Below, piece by piece: positions 8,553-14,834 of a stretch of 28,955 nt of DNA (positions within the stretch are counted from its first letter, which is position 1; each line of letters starts with the position of its first letter). The notes under the pieces were generated by a model. It did no database searches and was not told where the DNA came from. It saw nothing but the letters and a program-made list of their open reading frames with translations. Source of the DNA: a virus (lineage: Duplodnaviria; Caudoviricetes); IMG/VR virus record IMGVR_UViG_3300049170_000041, positions 1 through 28,955 of that record; one strand, given 5' to 3'. A program made the translations under genes and the position numbers.

Positions 8553-9209
8553 ATGAGCGACCGACTTCGCGCCGCCGCCGAGCGCGCCCTTGACGCCCTC
8601 AACGACCTGATCCGCAACACCTTCGACCCCGGGGCCGAGGCCCTCGGCGCCCGGTACGAGCTGGCCGCCGCCCTCACGAACACAACCGCCGCCGACCCGA
8701 CCACCGCCGATGACCCCGTCCAACTCCGCTGGGGCCTCAACGACATCCTCCACGGCGACGACGACACCACGACCATCTGCCTGTCCGGACCCGACCGCGA
8801 GCCGTACTGGCTGGAGCTGACCCCCGACCAGGCCGCCGTACTGCGCGACGACCTCGCCGGACCCTGCGAGGAGACCCGGTGCGCGCACTGCGGCCTGGAG
8901 ATCGAGGACCGAGGTCACCCGGTCGTCCAGGAGCACAGCACCTGGTATTCGATCTGGGTCCACGTGCCCGGCGGATACAGCGTCTGCTTCCCGCAGAAGG
9001 GCGCCGACAGCCCGCGTGCCATCCCCGCCGTCGGGGGGCAGGACGCCGGACAGCCGGCCACCACGCCGCTCGCGCCCGCCGAGCGCCAGTTCCTCACCTT
9101 TGCCCTGGAGCTCGCCGCCGACCAGATGGCCAGCTGCGGTGACGAGTTCGACGACGAGGACGAGGCCGCGCTCGCCCGCCTCCGCCGCATCGCCGAGGAT
9201 CCGCGGTGA
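8553..9209 (+). CDS. Hypothetical phage protein, 218 aa (contains CAHC)
   Basis: Strong RBS AGAGGAG; GC3-rich codon usage. Confidence 0.8.
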   Translation: MSDRLRAAAERALDALNDLIRNTFDPGAEALGARYELAAALTNTTAADPTTADDPVQLRWGLNDILHGDDDTTTICLSGPDREPYWLELTPDQAAVLRDDLAGPCEETRCAHCGLEIEDRGHPVVQEHSTWYSIWVHVPGGYSVCFPQKGADSPRAIPAVGGQDAGQPATTPLAPAERQFLTFALELAADQMASCGDEFDDEDEAALARLRRIAEDPR

Positions 9210-9313
9210 GCGCCTGGGCCTGGCTCGCCCTCGGCTGGGCCACCTTCATCGCCGCATTCGTCCCCGCATGGTCCGCCCTCCGCGCCCACGAGAAAGCCCA
9301 AGAGGACCGATGA
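9206..9313 (+). CDS. Small single-pass membrane protein, 35 aa
   Basis: VSAWAWLALGWATFIAAFVPAWSALRAHEKAQEDR; GTGA and ATGA overlaps with both neighbours. Not in the ORF track (too short). Confidence 0.6.
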   Translation: MSAWAWLALGWATFIAAFVPAWSALRAHEKAQEDR

Positions 9314-9702
9314 GCAACCGCCACTCTGCCGGGCGCACCGCCCGGACCCGCGAGCGCGGCGAGCGCCGCGAGACCTTCCTCGTCCTGCTCAACCGACTCG
9401 ACCGCCTGTCCGCCGCCGAGGCCGCCCTGCTCCTGGAGTACGCGCACGCCGAGCTCGCCGCCTCCGACGCGCTGCGCTCCACGCAGGTTGGCCTGGAACG
9501 CGCGCTCCAGGAGCGCACCGAGCAGCTGCGCGCGGCCGAGGCCGCGATCGTCGAGGCCGAGGGCGACCGCGACCGCCTCGGCGTCGTCCTGAACGCCATC
9601 CGGCGCGAGCTCGGCGGCGTCCTCTGGCCCGACCTCCCTCAAGCCGTCCGCCAGCTGGTCGCTGAGCGCGACCAGGCCCGAAACCACCCGGAGGAGCCGT
9701 GA
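9310..9702 (+). CDS. Hypothetical coiled-coil protein, 130 aa
   Basis: ATG after AGAGGA; helical E/R/A/L-rich sequence; translationally coupled on both sides. Confidence 0.75.
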   Translation: MSNRHSAGRTARTRERGERRETFLVLLNRLDRLSAAEAALLLEYAHAELAASDALRSTQVGLERALQERTEQLRAAEAAIVEAEGDRDRLGVVLNAIRRELGGVLWPDLPQAVRQLVAERDQARNHPEEP

Positions 9703-10364
9703 CCACCTGCCAGCTGTGCGAGCACCACGAGACCGACGGCTACCTCTGCCCCGGGTGCGTCCGCACCCTTGCCGAGCAGCTGCTCCGCATGCCCGCCCTC
9801 TACCGCGCGCTCGCCGCTTTCCTGCATCCGGCCGCCCGGGGCACCCAGCACGGCAGCCAAGCGCCGGCCGTGGAGGCGCCCCTCCCAGTCGCCGAGCACG
9901 TCCTCGACCTTCGAGGGCCCGGCGGCATGGTCGGCATCCTGGAGACCCAGCGCGCCGCCATGCACACCGCTCGCGGCTGGGCCGCGCCCGTCCTCGGCGT
10001 CGGCATTCTGAACCGCGTCACCCTGGCGGCGGGGGCGCTGGCCCACTCCCTCGACTGGGCCGCCGAGTCCTGGCCCGACGTCGGCGAGCTGGCCCGCACG
10101 ATTCGAGACCTCCACGGGTCGGCCGCGAGCGTCGTGCACCCGCGGCTGGCCGAGGAGCGCGGCACCCGGCTCGGGATGTGCCCGCAGCTGGTGAGCGAGG
10201 ACGAGGGCGAGGGTGTCTGTGGCGCGGTCCTGCGGCACTACCCCGGAGACCGGGCGGTGACGTGCCGGTGGTGCGGCACCGTGTACGAGCCGCACGCGTG
10301 GGGGGCGCTGCGCGAGTGGATCGACTACGAGGAGTCGAACGCCGCCATCGCACACGCCAGTTGA
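9699..10364 (+). CDS. Zn-ribbon protein, 221 aa (candidate late-transcription regulator, N-terminal part)
   Basis: CxxC..CxxC at the N-terminus and CP..C..CxxC at the C-terminus; RBS GGAGGAG; last gene of the early cluster. Confidence 0.75.
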   Translation: MTTCQLCEHHETDGYLCPGCVRTLAEQLLRMPALYRALAAFLHPAARGTQHGSQAPAVEAPLPVAEHVLDLRGPGGMVGILETQRAAMHTARGWAAPVLGVGILNRVTLAAGALAHSLDWAAESWPDVGELARTIRDLHGSAASVVHPRLAEERGTRLGMCPQLVSEDEGEGVCGAVLRHYPGDRAVTCRWCGTVYEPHAWGALREWIDYEESNAAIAHAS

Positions 10365-10376
10365 GCCGAAGGACAC

Positions 10377-10412
10377 TCGACTATCACACCCCCCTGTGAT
10401 AGCGTCTGCGAC
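10377..10412 (+). promoter_or_regulatory. Sigma70-type promoter with overlapping palindromic operator
   Basis: -35 TCGACT (10377-10382), 17-bp spacer, -10 TAGCGT (10400-10405), GTG 7 nt later (leaderless). Inverted repeat CTATCACA-C6-TGTGATAG (10381-10402). Confidence 0.75.
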
Positions 10413-10625
10413 GTGAACAACGAGCCCTGGCGGGCCAGGTTCGCGAGGGAGGACGAGCTGGTGGAACAGCTCCAATCCCAGTTGCTGGAGGCCGCCGTGC
10501 GCCGCGCTCAGGCACTCGCCGAAGGCGTGGCCGAGCTCGGCAGCGTCTACGCGGTCGCGAAGGCCACCGGCAGGAGCTGGACCGCCGTGAACAACGCGAT
10601 CAAGAAGCACACCACAACCACATAA
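10413..10625 (+). CDS. Small HTH protein, 70 aa (candidate Kor-like autorepressor of the accessory operon)
   Basis: N-terminal helix followed by HTH GSVYAVAKATGRSWTAVNNAIKK; leaderless start under the operator. Confidence 0.75.
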   Translation: MNNEPWRARFAREDELVEQLQSQLLEAAVRRAQALAEGVAELGSVYAVAKATGRSWTAVNNAIKKHTTTT

Positions 10626-10628
10626 AGC

Positions 10629-10690
10629 GAGGGCCGGGCGACAGCTCCCGGGTGGTGGAACACCCGGAGCGGCCGCGTCGCCCGACCCTC
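10629..10690 (+). promoter_or_regulatory. Long structured intergenic RNA hairpin (attenuator or processing site?)
   Basis: Outer stem gagggccgggcgac/gtcgcccgaccctc (one mismatch); inner stem gctcc-c-gggtg/caccc-ggagc; GTGGAA loop. Confidence 0.6.
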
Positions 10691-10728
10691 CGACCAGCCC
10701 ATCCTGACCTAACCAGGAGGACACGGCC

Positions 10729-11031
10729 ATGGCCGATGATGTCATGCGCGCCCCCGCGCCCGTACCCCCGGTGGAGCTCTCCCAGGAGACCCGGGGACTT
10801 CTCGTCGAGCTCGCCGACAAGCTCGATGCGCTCCGCCCGAACACCGACATGAGCGAGGGCATCCGCCTCGGCCAGGCCCTCGTCCTCGCCGAACAGCTCC
10901 ACGGCCCCACCGAGGCCGCCTACGCCGCCGAGCAGGACTTCCTCGCCGCGCTCCCCCACGTCCGCGACGAGCAGACCCGCGGCGAGTACGCCGCGCAGCT
11001 CCGCCTCATCGCGCAGGGGGTCACCCCGTGA
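10729..11031 (+). CDS. Hypothetical protein, 100 aa
   Basis: RBS AGGAGG; first gene after the hairpin. Confidence 0.8.
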   Translation: MADDVMRAPAPVPPVELSQETRGLLVELADKLDALRPNTDMSEGIRLGQALVLAEQLHGPTEAAYAAEQDFLAALPHVRDEQTRGEYAAQLRLIAQGVTP

Positions 11032-11252
11032 CCACCGTGACCACCGCCAGCCTTGACCAACTGGGCGACCTGACCGGCGACGTCATCGTCGTACCGCTCG
11101 ACGTCGCCCGACGCCTCGCCCACGAGACCTTTGCCGAGGTTGCTGACTCCGACATCCACAACCACCACGCGATGCTCTCCGTCGCGGTCTCCCTCGGCAT
11201 GCGGCTCGCCTCCCTCCTCGCCGCCCTCGACGCCGAGGAGGGCGAACGGTGA
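11028..11252 (+). CDS. Hypothetical helical protein, 74 aa (paralog of the next gene)
   Basis: GTGA overlap; ends LASLLAALDAEEGER. Confidence 0.75.
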   Translation: MTTVTTASLDQLGDLTGDVIVVPLDVARRLAHETFAEVADSDIHNHHAMLSVAVSLGMRLASLLAALDAEEGER

Positions 11253-11467
11253 ACGGCTACACCCCCCTGTTCGACCCGGAGAAGGACGGCCCCGTGTACT
11301 TCCGGGACCTGGACCACGCCCTGGACCGGGCCCGCGCCACGCTCGCCGAGAAGGGCCGGGCGAACTTGCACGACAGGGACGAGACGATCCGGGCCGCTTA
11401 CGGTCTTGCCCACGTGCTCGCCGGCTTGCTCGCCGCCCTCGACGCCGAGAAGGGCCGGACGCCGTGA
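11249..11467 (+). CDS. Hypothetical helical protein, 72 aa (paralog of the previous gene)
   Basis: GTGA overlap; RBS GAGGAGGG; ends LAGLLAALDAEKGRTP. Confidence 0.75.
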   Translation: MNGYTPLFDPEKDGPVYFRDLDHALDRARATLAEKGRANLHDRDETIRAAYGLAHVLAGLLAALDAEKGRTP

Positions 11468-12603
11468 CCACCACCCGCGAACTCAGCGGCGGACAGATCG
11501 CTGTCCTCGTCGCCGCCACCGTCCCCATGGTCGCTGTCGGCGCAGGCGGCGGCTGGGCCACCTTCACCAACGTGAGTGTCGAGTTCGGCCGTGCCGAGAC
11601 CGCCGTCGGCGCCGTCGCGGCCGGGGAGGGCGTCACCCTCGTCCTGGCCCTCGTCATGGTCGGCCTGACCATGCTCGGACAGGCCGCTCCCACCCCCGTC
11701 CGCGTCGGCCTCTGGCTCGCCCCGGCTGCCGCCTCCGTCATCGGCCTCGCCGTCGCCGACACCCTCACCGAGGCCGTCGTCTACGCCGTGACCCCCATGG
11801 GCATGAGCGGCGCCGCCGAAGGCCTCGGCCTCGTCGCCCGCCGGATCGTCGTCTACCGCACCCGGGCGGACGCCGAGGTCGCCCGCCGCAACGCAGACGC
11901 TGCCCGCGCCCTCGCCTACCACCAGGCCCGTGCCCGCAGCCACCCGGACAGGGCCGTCCGCTGGATCTCCGAGCGCGCCACATGGCGCATCGCCCGCATC
12001 ATCGGCGCCGGAGACACCGCGCTCTCCGACGAGCTCCTCGACGTGCAGCGCATCCGCATCACCGAGGGCGCCGACAGCGCACTCCGCACGATGATGGGCG
12101 CGCCTGCTCCGGCCCCGGGACTGAAAGCGCCGGCGCCGACCCGGCACTCCGCGCGGGAGGTCCTGCGGCGTCGCTTCGCCGAGATGGACCCCGAGGACGC
12201 CATCCGCATCACAGGTGATGCGCACCCTGATGCGACCCCGGCCGAGCTCGCCTCTCTGCTCATCGAGCACGGGGTGACTGTGGACGCGGTCGACGTCGTC
12301 CTCGTCCTTGGCCGGCCGCCCGCCAGGGCCGTCCTGGAGCGCGAGGACGCGCATGATGCGGGCACCGATGCGGACGATGCGCCGCAGGCCCCGCCTCTGC
12401 CCGCGCCGTCCAAGGCGGCCGCGATCCTCACCGCTGCCCAGGTCCTCGGCCCGAACGCCAAGGCCGCCGACATCGTCGCCCGCGTCGACCGCATCAATGG
12501 CATCAAGACCGATGCGCCCTACGTCCGCACCGTCCTGTCCCGAGCCCGCGACCCCCGAAAGGACGGCGAGAAGCCGCGCCCGATGGAAGGCGGCTACGCG
12601 TGA
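11464..12603 (+). CDS. Polytopic membrane protein resembling Streptomyces plasmid spread/transfer (SpdB-like) proteins, ~379 aa
   Basis: About four N-terminal hydrophobic segments, an R/A-rich helical region, Pro/Ala linkers and a C-terminal HTH-like segment (YVRTVLSR). Family assignment is from memory of this architecture. Confidence 0.65.
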   Translation: MTTTRELSGGQIAVLVAATVPMVAVGAGGGWATFTNVSVEFGRAETAVGAVAAGEGVTLVLALVMVGLTMLGQAAPTPVRVGLWLAPAAASVIGLAVADTLTEAVVYAVTPMGMSGAAEGLGLVARRIVVYRTRADAEVARRNADAARALAYHQARARSHPDRAVRWISERATWRIARIIGAGDTALSDELLDVQRIRITEGADSALRTMMGAPAPAPGLKAPAPTRHSAREVLRRRFAEMDPEDAIRITGDAHPDATPAELASLLIEHGVTVDAVDVVLVLGRPPARAVLEREDAHDAGTDADDAPQAPPLPAPSKAAAILTAAQVLGPNAKAADIVARVDRINGIKTDAPYVRTVLSRARDPRKDGEKPRPMEGGYA

Positions 12604-12764
12604 TCACCTACCACGCGCTCGGCTACTACGGCCTCCTCGGCATCCCTGCGGCGCTCGTCGTCGCCCGGGTCCTGCCCGTTGGCTCCCCGGCCCGGCGCAT
12701 CACCGCCCGTGCCGCGCTCGGAGCCCTCCTCCTCGTCGCCGCGATCATCGCGCTCTCGTACTGA
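12600..12764 (+). CDS. Small two-TM membrane protein, 54 aa
   Basis: VITYHALGYYGLLGIPAALVVARVLP..RRITARAALGALLLVAAIIALSY; GTGA overlap; RBS GGAAGG. Not in the ORF track. Confidence 0.7.
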   Translation: MITYHALGYYGLLGIPAALVVARVLPVGSPARRITARAALGALLLVAAIIALSY

Positions 12765-12775
12765 AGGACCCCATC

Positions 12776-13075
12776 GTGAAGACCACCCTGCTCGCCGCCA
12801 TCGACACCGCTAGCGCGCACACCATGGCCGCCCCGGCCGCCGCCGGCGCCCCGACCGGATCCGTCCCGATCTCCGTCCTCCTGATCATCGTCCTCAGCAT
12901 CTGGGCCTGGCAGATGCACAAGCACGGCAAGGACACCAAGAAGCTGCACCTGCTCCCCGGGTTCGTCTGCCTCGGCCTCGGCCTGTCGCTCTCCGGCACC
13001 CAGCTCGGCGCGATGATCGGCCAGCTCTTCGGCAGCGTCGGCAACATGCTCGCCACCTTCGTCGGCAGCGCCTGA
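12776..13075 (+). CDS. Small membrane protein, 99 aa (2-3 hydrophobic segments, Spd-like)
   Basis: GTG after GAAGGA; hydrophobic segments VPISVLLIIVLSIWAW and LLPGFVCLGLGLSLSG. Confidence 0.75.
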   Translation: MKTTLLAAIDTASAHTMAAPAAAGAPTGSVPISVLLIIVLSIWAWQMHKHGKDTKKLHLLPGFVCLGLGLSLSGTQLGAMIGQLFGSVGNMLATFVGSA

Positions 13076-13082
13076 CCCTCCC

Positions 13083-13727
13083 GTGGCCCTCGACTCCGAG
13101 GCGGACACCCTCGAACTGCCTCCCGTGCCCACCTTCGGGCGCGGGAGGCCCCGATGGGCCGCCCAACGCATCCACCCCCGCCGCATCAGCGTCGGCCACC
13201 TCAAGCTCTACGGTCGACTCCGCGGCTGGGCCCGCGCCGAGCACCACCCGACCCGCGGCAAGGCCATCGCCGCCCGCGCGTCCGGCCTCGCGCTCGGAGC
13301 CCTGATGACCTGGCGGACGGCGAACGAGCAGCCCCAGCTCCTGGCGCTCGCCGCCGGCGCCTACGCCATCGCGGCCTGGCGCGAGGGACGCCCCGTACCG
13401 CCCACCGAGGAAGAGCTTCAACGGCGCTTCCTCGTCGGCGTCCAGGAGCTCATCGGCGACCGCACCGGCATCCACCTCCGCGAGCTGTACGACGAGTTCC
13501 AGGCCAGGCCCGCGGCCGCCCATCTCGACGACGCGCGCCTCCGGGCGCTCCTCATCCACTGCGGAGTGCCCATCCACAAGAGCCTCCGGATCGGCGACCA
13601 GACCGGCCGCAGCGGCATCAAGGCCGCCGACGTCGAGACCCTCCTCTCCCCCACGCCCGTAGACCCCCCTTCCGAGCCTGTAGACGCAGGTCAGCCGCCC
13701 ACAGAAGTGGCTGTAGACCACGCGTAG
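13083..13727 (+). CDS. Membrane-anchored winged-helix protein, 214 aa (TraB-like termini, no FtsK ATPase domain)
   Basis: Two hydrophobic segments ending AAWREGRP, directly followed by VQELIGDRTGIHLRELY..LRALLIHCGVPIHKSLRIG..GRSGIKAADV. No Walker A motif. Confidence 0.65.
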   Translation: MALDSEADTLELPPVPTFGRGRPRWAAQRIHPRRISVGHLKLYGRLRGWARAEHHPTRGKAIAARASGLALGALMTWRTANEQPQLLALAAGAYAIAAWREGRPVPPTEEELQRRFLVGVQELIGDRTGIHLRELYDEFQARPAAAHLDDARLRALLIHCGVPIHKSLRIGDQTGRSGIKAADVETLLSPTPVDPPSEPVDAGQPPTEVAVDHA

Positions 13728-13744
13728 AGCAGGCTGTAGACCAC
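13657..13744 (+). repeat. Direct-repeat array CTGTAGAC (clt-like locus)
   Basis: ccgtagac 13657, ctgtagac 13678, ctgtagac 13711, gcgtagag 13722, ctgtagac 13734. GGCTGTAGACCAC occurs twice (13709-13721, 13732-13744). Confidence 0.75.
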
Positions 13745-13756
13745 CCAGGAGACCCC

Positions 13757-13846
13757 ATGCGACAGCACCTTCACACCCTCATCCGCGCCGCCGCCGACTA
13801 CTGCGCGGCCTGCGGCTGGTGGTCCAAGCCCTTCTGCGGACACTGA
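13757..13846 (+). CDS. Cys/Trp-rich microprotein, 29 aa
   Basis: RBS CAGGAGA; MRQHLHTLIRAAADYCAACGWWSKPFCGH with CxxC..CxH. Confidence 0.6.
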   Translation: MRQHLHTLIRAAADYCAACGWWSKPFCGH

Positions 13847-13894
13847 CCGCCCAACGCCCAAGCTCCGTCCCCGACACAACGGAAGGAACCGATC

Positions 13895-14077
13895 ATGAGC
13901 ATCCACCTGGCAGGCTGCGGCGCCGACGAGGACCCCGACGGCGAGACCATGTGTGTCTGCGACGACATCGAGCGGGAGCAGACCGCTTACGACCCGCGCG
14001 AGGACGAGGAGTGCACGCCCGAGCTCGTCGACGGCCACTTCATCGGCTGCGGCGCATGCGAGGCATGCCGCAACTGA
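13895..14077 (+). CDS. Acidic Cys-rich small protein, 60 aa
   Basis: RBS GGAAGGA; seven Cys including CxC and CxxCxxC. Confidence 0.7.
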   Translation: MSIHLAGCGADEDPDGETMCVCDDIEREQTAYDPREDEECTPELVDGHFIGCGACEACRN

Positions 14078-14084
14078 CCGCCGC

Positions 14085-14106
14085 TGTCAGACCCCCGCCG
14101 TACCGT
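14085..14106 (+). promoter_or_regulatory. RecA-NDp/PafBC-type DNA-damage promoter motif
   Basis: TGTCAG (14085-14090), N10, TACCGT (14101-14106), matching TGTC(G/A)G-N10-TANNNT. Confidence 0.6.
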
Positions 14107-14154
14107 GGACGGATCAACCGTTCGATTGCGGACTGGCTGCCCGCGCGACTCGGA

Positions 14155-14195
14155 CCCTGCCCTCGTCGGGAACAGCGCCCCGACCGAGGGCAGGG
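14155..14195. terminator. Strong stem-loop
   Basis: ccctgccctcg-tcggg / aacagcgc / cccga-c-cgagggcaggg. Confidence 0.55.
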
Positions 14196-14209
14196 GCATG
14201 ATGGGGATC

Positions 14210-14431
14210 ATGGAGTACGTACAGCCGCCCGCCGGCACCCTCACCACCACCACGGCAGCGCTGTACGCCGGTGTCGCCCCCGCGACGATCCGGGACTGGG
14301 TACGGCGCGGAATCCTCACCCGCTGCGGCGGCACGCCCAAGCGGCCCGTCTACCGCGTCGGCGACGTCCAAGCCGCCCGCGTCGCCGCCAAGCCGTACAG
14401 CGGCAACCGACACAAGGCCAATGCCGCTTGA
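14210..14431 (+). CDS. MerR/HTH_17-type DNA-binding protein, ~73 aa (probably leaderless; alternative starts 14198/14201)
   Basis: LTTTTAALYAGVAPATIRDWVRRGILT..PVYRVGDV; -10-like CATGAT (14197-14202) 7 nt before the ATG. Confidence 0.8.
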   Translation: MEYVQPPAGTLTTTTAALYAGVAPATIRDWVRRGILTRCGGTPKRPVYRVGDVQAARVAAKPYSGNRHKANAA

Positions 14432-14456
14432 CGTGCGGAAACACATAGGCCACGAT
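14428..14456 (+). promoter_or_regulatory. Putative late promoter
   Basis: TTGACG-N17-CACGAT directly upstream of the packaging/structural operon. Confidence 0.65.
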
Positions 14457-14504
14457 TTGCGAGTACAGCCATGCCCGGAAACGGGCACAGCCGCGAGACT
14501 CCCG

Positions 14505-14540
14505 AGGCCCTGACCGCCACCCGGTCAGGGCCTTTCGCGT
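14505..14540 (+). terminator. Terminator-like hairpin in the late leader
   Basis: 12-bp stem aggccctgaccg/cggtcagggcct followed by TTCGCGT. A second 12-bp stem lies at 14551-14582. Confidence 0.6.
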
Positions 14541-14597
14541 ACCCCAGACCGGCCCGTCCGCGATCCCCGACGCGGACGGGCCTTCCCGTACCCGGAG

Positions 14598-14834
14598 GTG
14601 ACCGTGGCCGTCTGGACTGCCCAACACCGTCTGGCCGTCTACAGGCAGGTCGAGACGACGGCTGGCCCTGTGACCGAGCGTGGACAGGTGTGGGCCGACA
14701 CCCGGCCTACAGGGCGAGTACACCTTCTGTGCAACTGCGGCTGGAGCTCCGGATGGATTGACCACGCGGACATGCCCAGCCGCGAGCAGCTCACGGCCGA
14801 CCATGGCGTTCCTCTCATGAGCCTGAGCGTCTGA
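14598..14834 (+). CDS. Hypothetical protein, 78 aa (CxC..H); start may be 14604
   Basis: GGAGG upstream; TGATG coupling to the HNH gene. Confidence 0.65.
   Translation: MTVAVWTAQHRLAVYRQVETTAGPVTERGQVWADTRPTGRVHLLCNCGWSSGWIDHADMPSREQLTADHGVPLMSLSV

Noticed and set aside
13657-13744. Mini-CRISPR interpretation of this or the 6528-6856 repeat cluster
   Set aside because: Repeats are 8-13 bp with short, irregular spacers; no cas genes in the window.
10365-14200. Accessory module as an independent IS, AICE or integrated plasmid
   Set aside because: No transposase, recombinase or Rep gene inside it, and no flanking direct or inverted repeats were seen by eye.
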